A DNA stretch of 64,000 bases from Halodesulfurarchaeum sp. Its GTDB lineage: Archaea; Halobacteriota; Halobacteria; Halobacteriales; Halobacteriaceae. Position numbers and translations under genes: made by a program. Positions 13,676 through 22,546 of the stretch are shown here, one piece after another. How positions within the stretch are numbered: the first letter of the stretch is position 1; every line of letters begins with the position of its first letter. The stretch is taken from NCBI GenBank assembly GCA_034520565.1, contig JAXHNL010000002.1, forward strand, positions 992,001 through 1,056,000. The letters run 5' to 3'. The notes beneath the pieces are model-generated. The model had not been told where the DNA came from. It saw only the letters and a program-made list of their open reading frames with translations, and ran no database searches.

Positions 13676-14164
13676 CTATTCAGCAAGTAGTTTACTACCA
13701 ACTGTTAAGTTTGTTACCTAGCGTCACTAAACTGATCTGCGAAGAACGGACATTAATTCTACAGTCAAATCGATATCAGTCGAGAAATCATATTCAACAA
13801 GAGCTAAAAACGGGGTTTTCGGAGTCCGAATTTTCCTCAAAGCTGTCTTCATCGAAAAATATACACCAAGGTCAGTCTCAGCTCTGAAGAGAGTTTGGAG
13901 AAAGAGATAACAATACTTTCGGCGGATAGACCTTAGACTGACTGCCTGCTTTAGAGTCCACTTTACACCCGAAAATGACCGAGTAAACAGGAGCGGCGCC
14001 TTTCTTGTTTCTCGATTAAGTGGTGGGGAGGTGTAGAAAGGGGTGAGACTGGATAAGAGGGTGAAACATAGTTTTATTGTCAGGTTGGTGGTGTCTCCAG
14101 TCTGAGTGGTGAGGCCCCGAGTAGAGGTTTAGTGATTTAATGGTTTGACACACATAATCTGTGT

Positions 14165-14308
14165 ATGGGATTGGGGAAGCTGTTTATCGGGTACCAGCCA
14201 GGTAAGAATGCTGAGGAGAGGAAAAGGGAACGGAGAAGGAAACTCAAACTCCTATTTAAACCTGTACTATTTGCTGTTAAGGCTTTCAGAAAGCCGGACT
14301 CTAAGTAA
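14165..14308 (+). CDS. Small basic peptide, 47 aa
   Basis: MGLGKLFIGYQPGKNAEERKRERRRKLKLLFKPVLFAVKAFRKPDSK*; TTTAAT TATA-like box about 29 nt upstream, as expected for a leaderless gene. Confidence 0.35.
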   Translation: MGLGKLFIGYQPGKNAEERKRERRRKLKLLFKPVLFAVKAFRKPDSK

Positions 14309-14326
14309 TCTCTGACATTTAGTAAC

Positions 14327-14590
14327 TCACCCTCGGGGAGTCAACACATACCATTTCACGCCAGCCCAAAATGAGCCTGCACCGGTCTGCAGAAAGACTT
14401 GTTCCAGAGAAGTCGGAGGAATATACTTTGTGAAAAAGTAGTCAACCGCCATCATAACGAAGTCCCCATCTAAAATGTGGGGTAAGGCATTTAGAGCTGC
14501 TAAAACGCCTGCTCCAAAGATATACATTGGTACAAAATTGAAGATTGCGCTATTGATGATATACTTGAAAAATCCAGTTTCATAGCTCAC
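14327..14590 (-). CDS. Small membrane protein, last gene of the CBASS-like operon
   Basis: 87-aa hydrophobic ORF 6 nt after the SLATT gene stop, RBS GAGGAG. Confidence 0.65.
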   Translation of the reverse strand: MSYETGFFKYIINSAIFNFVPMYIFGAGVLAALNALPHILDGDFVMMAVDYFFTKYIPPTSLEQVFLQTGAGSFWAGVKWYVLTPRG

Positions 14591-14596
14591 TCCTCA

Positions 14597-15247
14597 TCAC
14601 TCTCCCCTTCCATTAAGGCTTCCTGTGAGTCGATTCTTAGTTTCCTCGTCTACGGTATCCTGACCCGGCCTCTTACCGGTTAGATTTGTTTCACCTGCCA
14701 GTTTACGCTTAGCTGTCTCGCTAGTTTCGATTTCTTGATATGGAGAACCGCCGCGAATGCGGTAGGAAAGCTTCAACCAGTAGTACCAGGTGCTGCTGAG
14801 ATCATCTTGATTCTCGTTAAGTTCACGTCTCTCAGTAGCCAGCTCCTCAAAATCCTCACGCATATTCTCTAAGCCGTACTCTTTATCAGCCAGATCTAGA
14901 GTAGCGAAATCACGAAACTCGTCAAACAACCGTTGATAGGCAGCCCCAGCCCTGTAATGATTCTCTAATCGCTTCTGAGGCCTTGCTGCTGTCCTGAATC
15001 CAGAAATAACCGCTATGCCAACGGCCAGAACAGCCATTACTTGGGTTGAGAAGGCTTCCCAGATCAACGCGTAAGTCAGTATACCAGCTAAAACAGTAGA
15101 CGTGATATCTGCTGCTTGATTAATGCCTGCATAGGCTCCACCAGCCTTGTAATGTTGTTTGTAAGTCCATAGAAGACCGTCCATCTTGTTTGCAACTCGT
15201 GTACGCAGGCGTTCGTGCGCCTCGTAGTCGAAATTATCTTCGTTCAT
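14597..15247 (-). CDS. SLATT-domain 2TM effector
   Basis: YKQHYKAG, two TM helices, then HYRAGAAYQRL, typical of SLATT; directly downstream of a SMODS gene; RBS GAGGTG. Confidence 0.8.
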   Translation of the reverse strand: MNEDNFDYEAHERLRTRVANKMDGLLWTYKQHYKAGGAYAGINQAADITSTVLAGILTYALIWEAFSTQVMAVLAVGIAVISGFRTAARPQKRLENHYRAGAAYQRLFDEFRDFATLDLADKEYGLENMREDFEELATERRELNENQDDLSSTWYYWLKLSYRIRGGSPYQEIETSETAKRKLAGETNLTGKRPGQDTVDEETKNRLTGSLNGRGE

Positions 15248-15261
15248 TCAAATTAACACCT

Positions 15262-16323
15262 CTATGAGAAGGATTCTCCGTAGACCTCCCGGTATTTTTC
15301 TTTGGCCTCCTCAGTTTTTCCTTGCTCTTTCAGCCTCTCAGCCTCCCGGATTTTCTGACTGGCTTCATAGGCCTCTTTTGACGCCTTTCGACGTTCTCCA
15401 CGGCTCATACCCTCATCCACTCGTTCATCGTAAACGGGTTCTCTGGTCTCCTGGTTAACATAATGGGGGAGCTTCCGCATGAACCGGGACATGTGTTTCT
15501 CGGTTGAGGCGTTATCGGGCGCATCCTCCTGAAAATACCTTTGCGCCATCATAACCATGTGATAGGAGTCAACCGGCTTGCCGTTCTCCTCATTCCATTT
15601 TTTCGCTGAAACAGCTACCTTCTGTAGCTTGCCATTGTTGCTCTGGTTCACCGCTTCGTAAATCGCCTGAGCCTTCCGGGGATTCGTTCCGACCCACGAC
15701 TCCCCACCGTAAGTATCCGGAATCGCGTACCCTTCCCTCGGATCCTCGGACGTCAACCCAAACATCGCCCGGCGAGATGGCGGATCCGGATCTCTAACAT
15801 CACTATACCGATACGCAGGAGCAACTTCGACCTTGAAATCACTGAACTGGACAACAACCACATTCCGGTCAACATACACGTCCTGCTGCGAATATTTCTT
15901 GTCGAGCCTACGCCGAACCGCATTCAGAGCTTTCCGGGGACCGTCTTCCTCCTCTGCCCATTCCCCATGCTCGTCAGAATCGAGAACAACGAGAACGTCA
16001 ACATCTGAATCCTCGTCCAGAGGCCGTGTCACAGTCCCCTGCATAACGGACCCAAAAATATGGTCCTCCTCAATCTCGAGTCCCCCGTCTTTCAGATTGC
16101 CAACGACATTCTCCCGTCGTTCCTGCATATTTTTCTTCTGCCGGTCGGTGACCTCTGCTTCGTCCGCGTAGTCTTCATGTGCCTCATCGACTTCTCTTTC
16201 AGCCTTCGCGCGTTGGCCGTCGTGGTCCTGTAGCTGGGACTGATCTGGCCGCCGGTCACCCGTGGCAATAACATCATCTCCATACCCTCCAGACATACCG
16301 TATTTGGTTGGAGCATTTCCCAT
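15262..16323 (-). CDS. SMODS / cGAS-DncV-like nucleotidyltransferase (CD-NTase)
   Basis: FGS...T...PL...DVDVLVVL catalytic motif, VEVAPA third carboxylate, W..TNP, KKWN and SYHM motifs. Confidence 0.85.
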   Translation of the reverse strand: MGNAPTKYGMSGGYGDDVIATGDRRPDQSQLQDHDGQRAKAEREVDEAHEDYADEAEVTDRQKKNMQERRENVVGNLKDGGLEIEEDHIFGSVMQGTVTRPLDEDSDVDVLVVLDSDEHGEWAEEEDGPRKALNAVRRRLDKKYSQQDVYVDRNVVVVQFSDFKVEVAPAYRYSDVRDPDPPSRRAMFGLTSEDPREGYAIPDTYGGESWVGTNPRKAQAIYEAVNQSNNGKLQKVAVSAKKWNEENGKPVDSYHMVMMAQRYFQEDAPDNASTEKHMSRFMRKLPHYVNQETREPVYDERVDEGMSRGERRKASKEAYEASQKIREAERLKEQGKTEEAKEKYREVYGESFS

Positions 16324-16325
16324 GG

Positions 16326-17141
16326 TTATGCAGTCACCTCTTGATCTTGGAATGAACCGAGAGTCGACATACCCGCTGAGAGTTCAACCTCCAATTCCGA
16401 AGCCCACTCGCCGAAACGAGTTTTCACCTGATCGATTGTGGTGTCTCGAAGACCGGTCTCCTTGATCCACCGGTTTCCAGCCGCTGCAACGACTTCGGGG
16501 GGGAACCGGCTTAATGCGTTCTTTGTCTGCGGCCCGATCAACAACAAACCGGAGGGGCTGTACTCGGAGATTATTGTCCGGACATCTTTTTCGAGTTTGT
16601 TGATAGACCGGCCGTTGGCTCCTCCGAAATACTGAGACCCGTAGAAACTGATGTAATCGAAATCCCGTGAGGCGAAGGTATCGTAGCAGATCCCACGTTC
16701 GTTTGGCGTGTAACCTTTGACGAGGGGGATGATCTCTGGACGGTCGTTTGCCAGTTGGGCGGTCATCCATTCGGTGCCGTCCATCAACTTCTGAAGGTTT
16801 CCTTCCCGGTTCTCAGGTTCCATGTCCGCATAGATGGGGTAGTCTGTTGGTATGTGGTAACGTGGGTTGAAGGATTGGACGATATCTCGTTCTTCCTCCC
16901 AGTTGAAGCCGCTGAGGTCTTCGTCCGGGATTGTGGAGGTGGTGATGACGTCGGCAGTTGTCAGGGCTTCAGCGGTTACTCCCTGTCTGAGGTACCTTCG
17001 TGCGTGGGTAACGGGGAGCATCACTGTGTCCAGGGAGGGATTGCTCTGTATGAACCGGGTGTGAAGCTCTTGCTTCGCCACACGGGGAATGATCCCTGTC
17101 GGCTTCTCGTCGCTGCCCTGACTATTTTCTTGCCGTGTCAT
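16326..17141 (-). CDS. TGT/DUF4417-like TIM-barrel protein, first gene of the CBASS-like operon
   Basis: IPTDYPIYADM...N...W...IIPLVKG...DYISFYG pattern resembles the tRNA-guanine transglycosylase fold; RBS GAGGTGA; 2 nt from the CD-NTase start. Confidence 0.5.
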   Translation of the reverse strand: MTRQENSQGSDEKPTGIIPRVAKQELHTRFIQSNPSLDTVMLPVTHARRYLRQGVTAEALTTADVITTSTIPDEDLSGFNWEEERDIVQSFNPRYHIPTDYPIYADMEPENREGNLQKLMDGTEWMTAQLANDRPEIIPLVKGYTPNERGICYDTFASRDFDYISFYGSQYFGGANGRSINKLEKDVRTIISEYSPSGLLLIGPQTKNALSRFPPEVVAAAGNRWIKETGLRDTTIDQVKTRFGEWASELEVELSAGMSTLGSFQDQEVTA

Positions 17142-17151
17142 CGTTTAATCG

Positions 17152-17308
17152 TCACCTCGTTTTCTGCATGGATAATTATCCGTCCTCCAACGATATAAAT
17201 CCGTTGCTGCTTAAAGTCGAGTTCATACAAAATAAATTCTCCAAAACTACTGTTTACCCATACTCTTTTAGAAAAGCCCTTCACTAATACAACTGAAAGG
17301 GGAGAAAA
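17152..17308. promoter_or_regulatory. Divergent promoter region with palindromic operator GGATAATTATCC
   Basis: Minus-strand TATA (ATTTATAT, 17193-17200); perfect 12-bp palindrome 17170-17181 near the predicted TSS; RBS at 17152-58. Confidence 0.55.
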
Positions 17309-18199
17309 ATGGCCGACGAACAAGTCCACATCATACCAGTAGGGTTCGACTACGAACGATTATTCCAACCGATAACACAGGGAAAACTCGAAGCCGACAG
17401 GATACATCTTCTACATTCCTCACGAGAAGAAAGTGACCAGGAAGCACAGCAACTGGCCAAACGGATGCTCGACAAACTCGAAGAAACGTTCGACACTGTT
17501 CTCGGAAAACCTGTTGAGAAAACCAGTGTGAACGGGATTTTTGAATTTGAAGAATTGTATCCAATGGCCTACGAAATGATTTTGGGAGAAGTCGAAGACG
17601 GCAACGAAGTCTGGATCAACATCTCCTCGATGCCCCGCACCGTCGCATTCGCATTCGCCACCGCCGCCAACTCATTACTAATTGAAAACTCCGACTACCA
17701 GAACCGGATACACACCTACTATGTCTCCCCTGAGGAATACCTCGTCACCAAAATGATCCGGCAATTTAAGGAAGAAAAAGAATTCCTCAAAAACCACAGA
17801 GACAAGGGAGAAAAATTTGAGGAAAGATACCAGAAAATATCCGAGATCACCGACTCTATCGAAGATAGCGGAGTCACCAAAGGAGCCGAAAAAAAGAACG
17901 GAGGCATGCACGTCGAATTTCCCACAATTCCAAGCAGCGACCTCCACAAATTCGAAAAAACCATCCTCCACTTCCTTGACTCCAACGTTGAACCTGACTC
18001 AATCTCCGACCTCTCACAAAAACTTGCAGCAGAAAACCAGGAAGACATCGATCTCGACTCATTCAAAAGCAAAGTCCAATACAACATTAACCAGCTCGAA
18101 AACAAGGGATTCGTAGAACTCATCAAAGAGAAAAACCGGCATAAACCCCGCCTCGACACCATGGGCAAACTCTGGGTTAAAACTCACAACCCGGCTTAA
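17309..18199 (+). CDS. CARF-like + winged-HTH transcriptional regulator (HFX_2341/DUF6293, Csa3-like)
   Basis: VHIIPVGFDYERL, ADRIHLL and VWINISSMPRTVAFA (CARF Rossmann strands); C-terminal KSKVQYNINQLENKGFV wHTH. Confidence 0.8.
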   Translation: MADEQVHIIPVGFDYERLFQPITQGKLEADRIHLLHSSREESDQEAQQLAKRMLDKLEETFDTVLGKPVEKTSVNGIFEFEELYPMAYEMILGEVEDGNEVWINISSMPRTVAFAFATAANSLLIENSDYQNRIHTYYVSPEEYLVTKMIRQFKEEKEFLKNHRDKGEKFEERYQKISEITDSIEDSGVTKGAEKKNGGMHVEFPTIPSSDLHKFEKTILHFLDSNVEPDSISDLSQKLAAENQEDIDLDSFKSKVQYNINQLENKGFVELIKEKNRHKPRLDTMGKLWVKTHNPA

Positions 18200-18259
18200 T
18201 CATCGACTCCAGCGTTTTGGCATTGTTCATGTGGTATTTTAGCAATCTTCTGTCTTCTG

Positions 18260-18355
18260 GAAGCCCCGACCGGTCGGCTGATTTCGACTCGCTGCGCTCC
18301 TTGCTTTGTTGTGATGCTTGCATTGTATCAACGGGCCAATCGGTCGGCCCCTTTC
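18260..18355. repeat. Degenerate haloarchaeal palindromic intergenic repeat (REP/MITE-like)
   Basis: GAAGCCCC...CCCCTTTC ends, imperfect inverted repeat CCGACCGGTCGGC / GCCAATCGGTCGG, internal GACTCGCTGCGCTCC. Confidence 0.45.
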
Positions 18356-18464
18356 GAGGCTTTACCCGAACGGATGCCCCCCAAGGCCAGATGGTCGATC
18401 ACGTATCTGAAAAGTGCCCCTCTTTTTAATCACTGAGTGGATTTTAGCCGACAGACAGGAGACT

Positions 18465-18587
18465 ATGTTTATGTCCAAACGAACCCGGTCTGTTTGGCGT
18501 GAGTGTCCCGCGTGTGGTGAGAAACAGAAGGTAACCCAGGGCGGGTGGGCAACGTGTCGAAACTGCGGCAAGAACTTCCATGCATGA
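18465..18587 (+). CDS. Small CPxCG-related zinc-finger protein, 40 aa
   Basis: MFMSKRTRSVWRECPACGEKQKVTQGGWATCRNCGKNFHA*; RBS AGGAG. Confidence 0.65.
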   Translation: MFMSKRTRSVWRECPACGEKQKVTQGGWATCRNCGKNFHA

Positions 18588-18659
18588 TTGACGTGGACAG
18601 TACGGGATAGCTGGCCAATCTGATGTGTCGATGGCCATTCTCCCTGGGATCGATCCTCT

Positions 18660-18780
18660 TCATGCGCATACACGGACACGGATTTTCACGGATCGCGCCC
18701 GAAATCACACAGTTGTATCCGAATCTATCCCTCGCCGATGTCCATCGCGCTTTCGCCTTTTATTACGATCATATTGGTCT
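18660..18780 (+). pseudogene. DUF433-family (putative antitoxin) fragment
   Basis: PEITQLYPNLSLADVHRAFAFYYDH matches the DUF433 C-terminus; N-terminus degraded. Confidence 0.6.
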
Positions 18781-18876
18781 GTCTCGGTTACTGCGAACCG
18801 TGCGTTGAGAACGCAGACCCAGCGTTCCAATCCTCCGACCGAAACACCTTCTCGTTGACCACCCCTTCCCCAAGCC

Positions 18877-19605
18877 ATGCGATTGGCGAGGGCCCGGACC
18901 GCGGACGGCATCGTGACGGGCGAATACGACGACGGGATGATCGTCACCGACAGCGAACGGTATGCCATCGCTGCGGGAGACGCCGAACTGCTCGCACCGA
19001 CCGAGCCGACCGCCCTCTACTGCGTCGGTCGCAACTACACGGCGACCCTCGACCAGATGGACTACGACCTGCCGGACGAACCGGATTTCTTCATCAAACC
19101 GCCGGCTTCGGTCCACCCGCCGGAGGAACCCATCGAATATCCGGCCTTCACCGAGGAACTCACCTACGCTGGGGAACTCGCGGCCGTGATCGGCGAGCGG
19201 GCCCGCGACGTCGACCCGGAGGCGGTGCCCTCCGTCGTCCGCGGGTACACCATCATGAACGATCTCGACGCTCTAGACCAACCGGGCCGGACCGCCCGGA
19301 AGGCCTTCGATGGATCGGCCCCGCTCGGGCCGTGGATCGAAACCGACATCGACCCCTCGGATCTCGAGATGCACACCGACGTTGCCGGGGAACGACGACA
19401 GGAAGCCAACACGGGCCAGATGATTTTCGACCCCTTCGAAGTCGTCTCCTTCCTCTCGCGGCGACTCACGCTGGAACCCGGAGACGTGGTCGCCTTCGGC
19501 AGTCCGGCTAACCCCGGGACACTCGAACCGGACGACGCCGTCGAGATCACCTACGAGGGCATCGGCACGCTCCGGAACCGGGTCGTGGAGCCGGGCGGGG
19601 CCTGA
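18877..19605 (+). CDS. Fumarylacetoacetate hydrolase family protein
   Basis: CVGRNY, FFIKP, YTIMND and KAFDGSAPLGP motifs. Confidence 0.9.
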   Translation: MRLARARTADGIVTGEYDDGMIVTDSERYAIAAGDAELLAPTEPTALYCVGRNYTATLDQMDYDLPDEPDFFIKPPASVHPPEEPIEYPAFTEELTYAGELAAVIGERARDVDPEAVPSVVRGYTIMNDLDALDQPGRTARKAFDGSAPLGPWIETDIDPSDLEMHTDVAGERRQEANTGQMIFDPFEVVSFLSRRLTLEPGDVVAFGSPANPGTLEPDDAVEITYEGIGTLRNRVVEPGGA

Positions 19606-19738
19606 GAGGGAGAGGGACGGCTCGAGGAACGGGGGCATCGGGCAGCCAGATCTGCCGCGTGGGGTCAAACCCTTTTAGGGGAAGCCGGCGAATCACCGGT
19701 ATGACCAATCCGTTCATTCCCGGGACCGACCGGAGGCG

Positions 19739-21112
19739 ATGGCGATGGTGAACGTCGCCCTTTCGGTCGGACAGCTCTTCGTCGCCCTCTTTCTGGTCCT
19801 GCTCAACGGCTTTTTCGTCGCCGCGGAGTTCGCGTTCGTCCGGGTCCGGTCGACCTCGGTCGAACAGCTCGCGGCGGAGGGCCGGCGGGGCTCCTCGGCG
19901 CTCCAGGGCGCGATGGACAAGCTCGATGACTACCTCGCCGTGACCCAGCTCGGAATTACCATCGCCTCGCTGGGGCTGGGGTGGGTCGGGGAACCCGCCG
20001 TCGCCTCCCTCATCGAACCCGTCGCCGGGGCCTACCTTCCGCCGAACCTCGTGCACCTCGTCGCCTTCGCTATCGGGTTCGGCATCATCACCTTCCTCCA
20101 CGTGGTGTTCGGCGAACTCGCGCCCAAGACTATCGCCATCGCGCAGGCCGAGCGACTGTCGCTGTTCGTCGCCCCGCCGATGCGACTGTTCTACTTCCTG
20201 TTCTATCCGGGGATCGTCGTCTTCAACGGGACTGCGAACGCCTTCACCGCGCTGCTCGGGGTCCCACCGGCCTCCGAGACCGACGAAACCCTCGAAGAAC
20301 GGGAGATCCGCCGGGTCCTGTCCAGGTCGGGGAAGGAAGGACACGTCGACATGGCGGAAGTCGAGATGATCGAGCGAGTCTTCGATCTGGACGACACCGT
20401 GGTCCGGGAGATCATGGTACCCCGCCCTGACGTCGTGACGGTCTCGAAGGACACTACGCTTGCCGAGATCAGAGAGACCGTTCTCGAGGCTGGCCACACC
20501 CGCTATCCGGTCGTCGGGAACGAGGAGGACCAGATCGTGGGCTTCCTCGACGTCAAGGACGTCCTGCGGGTGACCGGAACGGACGAACCGGACTCGACGC
20601 GGGCGGGGGATCTCGCACGGGACCTCCTCGTCGTTCCGGAGTCGACGCCGCTCAACGAGTTGCTTCTGCAGTTCCGCAACGAGCGCCAGCAGGTGGCCGC
20701 TGTCATCGACGAGTGGGGGGCCTTCGAGGGGCTGGTGACCGTGGAGGACGCGGTGGAGGCGATCGTTGGCGACCTCCGGGACGAGTTCGACGGCAACGAA
20801 CCCGAGCCATCGATTCGAAAGCGCGAGGCAGGCGGCTACGAGATCGACGGGAGCGTGCCCCTCGGGGACGCGAACGAAGCGCTCGGGGTCGACTTGAAGA
20901 GCGAGAGCTACGAGACCATCGGTGGCGTCGTTCTCGACGCCCTCGGCCAGGCTCCCGAACCCGAGGACCGCGTTCGGCTCGAGGGATACCTCTTCGAGGT
21001 AACGGCCGTCGACGGGAACCGGATCGCGACGATTCAGGTCACCGAAAACGCGCCCGATGGCGACCCGAGCAACGGCGAACCCGAAACGAACGAGGACGAC
21101 TCCGCAAACTGA
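19739..21112 (+). CDS. Hemolysin/CNNM family protein (DUF21-CBS-CorC)
   Basis: NGFFVAAEFA, QLGITIASL, GELAPK motifs and CBS pair. Confidence 0.92.
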   Translation: MAMVNVALSVGQLFVALFLVLLNGFFVAAEFAFVRVRSTSVEQLAAEGRRGSSALQGAMDKLDDYLAVTQLGITIASLGLGWVGEPAVASLIEPVAGAYLPPNLVHLVAFAIGFGIITFLHVVFGELAPKTIAIAQAERLSLFVAPPMRLFYFLFYPGIVVFNGTANAFTALLGVPPASETDETLEEREIRRVLSRSGKEGHVDMAEVEMIERVFDLDDTVVREIMVPRPDVVTVSKDTTLAEIRETVLEAGHTRYPVVGNEEDQIVGFLDVKDVLRVTGTDEPDSTRAGDLARDLLVVPESTPLNELLLQFRNERQQVAAVIDEWGAFEGLVTVEDAVEAIVGDLRDEFDGNEPEPSIRKREAGGYEIDGSVPLGDANEALGVDLKSESYETIGGVVLDALGQAPEPEDRVRLEGYLFEVTAVDGNRIATIQVTENAPDGDPSNGEPETNEDDSAN

Positions 21113-21190
21113 GTTCGACTCGAAGACCGGGAGACGGTCGAACGGAACCGGCCGTGAGAGACATCCCCCTCCGGCCCCTTCTTCGAACCG

Positions 21191-21583
21191 ATGACTGGGC
21201 CGGTACTCGTCTACGACGATGCGTGCGGATTCTGCACGTGGTGGGCCGACTGGGTCGGCGCTCACGCCGCGATCCGCGTCGTGGGGTTTTCCGCCCTCAC
21301 TCCGGAGCACCGCAACCGGCTCCCCGAACACTACGAGCGGTGTGTGCACCTGCTCGCGGACGGGCGGGTCTATTCCTGTGGTGAGGCGGTCGAGGCGGCA
21401 CTCGTTCGGCTGGATTTCGTGCCGTCGATGCTGCGGGACCCGGGGTCAATCCGGCGAAGCCCCCACTACCGGCGACTTCGAGAGCACGGCTATCGGTGGG
21501 TTGCCAACAACCGCGATACCCTCTCGAAGATCGTCGCGAAGACGCCACGAGCCCACGAGTCCGATTCCGGAGACTCGACCTAG
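21191..21583 (+). CDS. DCC1-like thiol-disulfide oxidoreductase (DUF393)
   Basis: YDDACGFC motif. Confidence 0.85.
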   Translation: MTGPVLVYDDACGFCTWWADWVGAHAAIRVVGFSALTPEHRNRLPEHYERCVHLLADGRVYSCGEAVEAALVRLDFVPSMLRDPGSIRRSPHYRRLREHGYRWVANNRDTLSKIVAKTPRAHESDSGDST

Positions 21584-22200
21584 CGGTCCCGGAGTCGGAA
21601 CGTCCGGATCGTATCCCGGGGAGCGGATTCGACCGCGACTGCCTCGAACCCCCGATTCGTGAAAATCCGCTTCCAGTCCCGGTAATAGAGCGGCACGTCC
21701 GTGTCGACGTAGTTGACGTTCGCCGAATCCCCGTTCGGGCCCTCCTGTCCCTCGTTTTCGACGGTGAGCAAGAGGTCCCGGGTGATCCGCGAGAGTTCGT
21801 CGAACACCCATTCGCTGTCGGGATGTATGTGCTGGAGGGTTTCGACGGAAAAAACGACGTCGAACTGATCCTTCTCGAACTCCCGCAGGACCGATTCGAT
21901 GGAGCGATAGTGGACGGTCGCGGTCTTTGCGAGGGCCGGAAAGTTCGTTTCCATCACGTCCTCGGCGGCGTCGTTGAGCTCGACGCCGGTCAGATCTGTG
22001 TAGCCCGCCTCGAGGAGGGCGGCGAGGTTTCTCCCGGAACTGCAGCCGATCTCGAGGATGGCCGGGTCGGGACCCAGGTAGTCCTCGATGGCTTTCCGGA
22101 CCGCCTCGCTCGCGGCGTCGGCCCCGTAGTGGGCGTAATACTCCGGCGAGTACTCCCCGGATCGACTGGCCCACTCCTGGCGAACGTCCTGTGAATCCAC
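21580..22200 (-). CDS. Class I SAM-dependent methyltransferase
   Basis: [11 protein letters not shown] and FDVVFS motifs. Confidence 0.85.
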   Translation of the reverse strand: MDSQDVRQEWASRSGEYSPEYYAHYGADAASEAVRKAIEDYLGPDPAILEIGCSSGRNLAALLEAGYTDLTGVELNDAAEDVMETNFPALAKTATVHYRSIESVLREFEKDQFDVVFSVETLQHIHPDSEWVFDELSRITRDLLLTVENEGQEGPNGDSANVNYVDTDVPLYYRDWKRIFTNRGFEAVAVESAPRDTIRTFRLRDR

Positions 22201-22272
22201 AGCGAAAATCCGGTCGGGAGGCGTAAAGTCCCGTCGGCAGCCACCGCCGGTCCGGCCGGGACCGGATCGGGG

Positions 22273-22452
22273 CTATTCGTGCTCCTCGATGACGGTCTCG
22301 AGTTCGTCGGCGCACTTGTTGATCCCGTCCGAGGCCTCGATCAACCCGAGGCTCATCCGGTCGTCGGCCCGCTCCCGGAACCGGTCGACCAGGTCCTGTA
22401 ACTCCGCGACCGGAACCGTGCCGTCGTCCGCACTGTTTTCCGTATCTGTCAT
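22273..22452 (-). CDS. Small acidic hypothetical protein
   Basis: 59-aa acidic ORF with haloarchaeal codon usage and TTTAAG TATA-like box upstream. Confidence 0.55.
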   Translation of the reverse strand: MTDTENSADDGTVPVAELQDLVDRFRERADDRMSLGLIEASDGINKCADELETVIEEHE

Positions 22453-22546
22453 CGGTTCGAGTAGGGTGCCAGCCCCTCTTAAATCCACAGTCATGGCCAG
22501 CCGCACTTTTATCGGCGTCGCGTCCCACCGCATACGTGATCGGCTC

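Larger units (their letters stand above)
9127..18860. mobile_element. Low-GC genomic/defence island (decayed integrative or conjugative element)
   Basis: Abrupt drop in GC and change in codon usage; cdc6 and VirD4-like remnants; defence-type genes. No integrase or att duplication found, so the right boundary is approximate. Confidence 0.75.

Noticed and set aside
13740-13930. Possible gene remnant between the DUF2254-like gene and the CBASS-like operon
   Set aside because: Multiple stops and no recognisable motif
13950-14075. ORB-like replication origin motifs (TTTACACCCGAAA, G-rich strings)
   Set aside because: Weak match to the ORB consensus, not clearly repeated, and 4.5 kb from the cdc6 remnant
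14327-17141. Canonical type IV CBASS assignment
   Set aside because: No QueC (SGGxDS motif) or N-glycosylase gene in or near the operon, so it is reported as an atypical variant
18780-18876. attR direct repeat of the sRNA 3' end
   Set aside because: No copy of TATGAGTGCCGAGGCC or of the TAA-ctgacg-TTA core was found by eye near the right boundary
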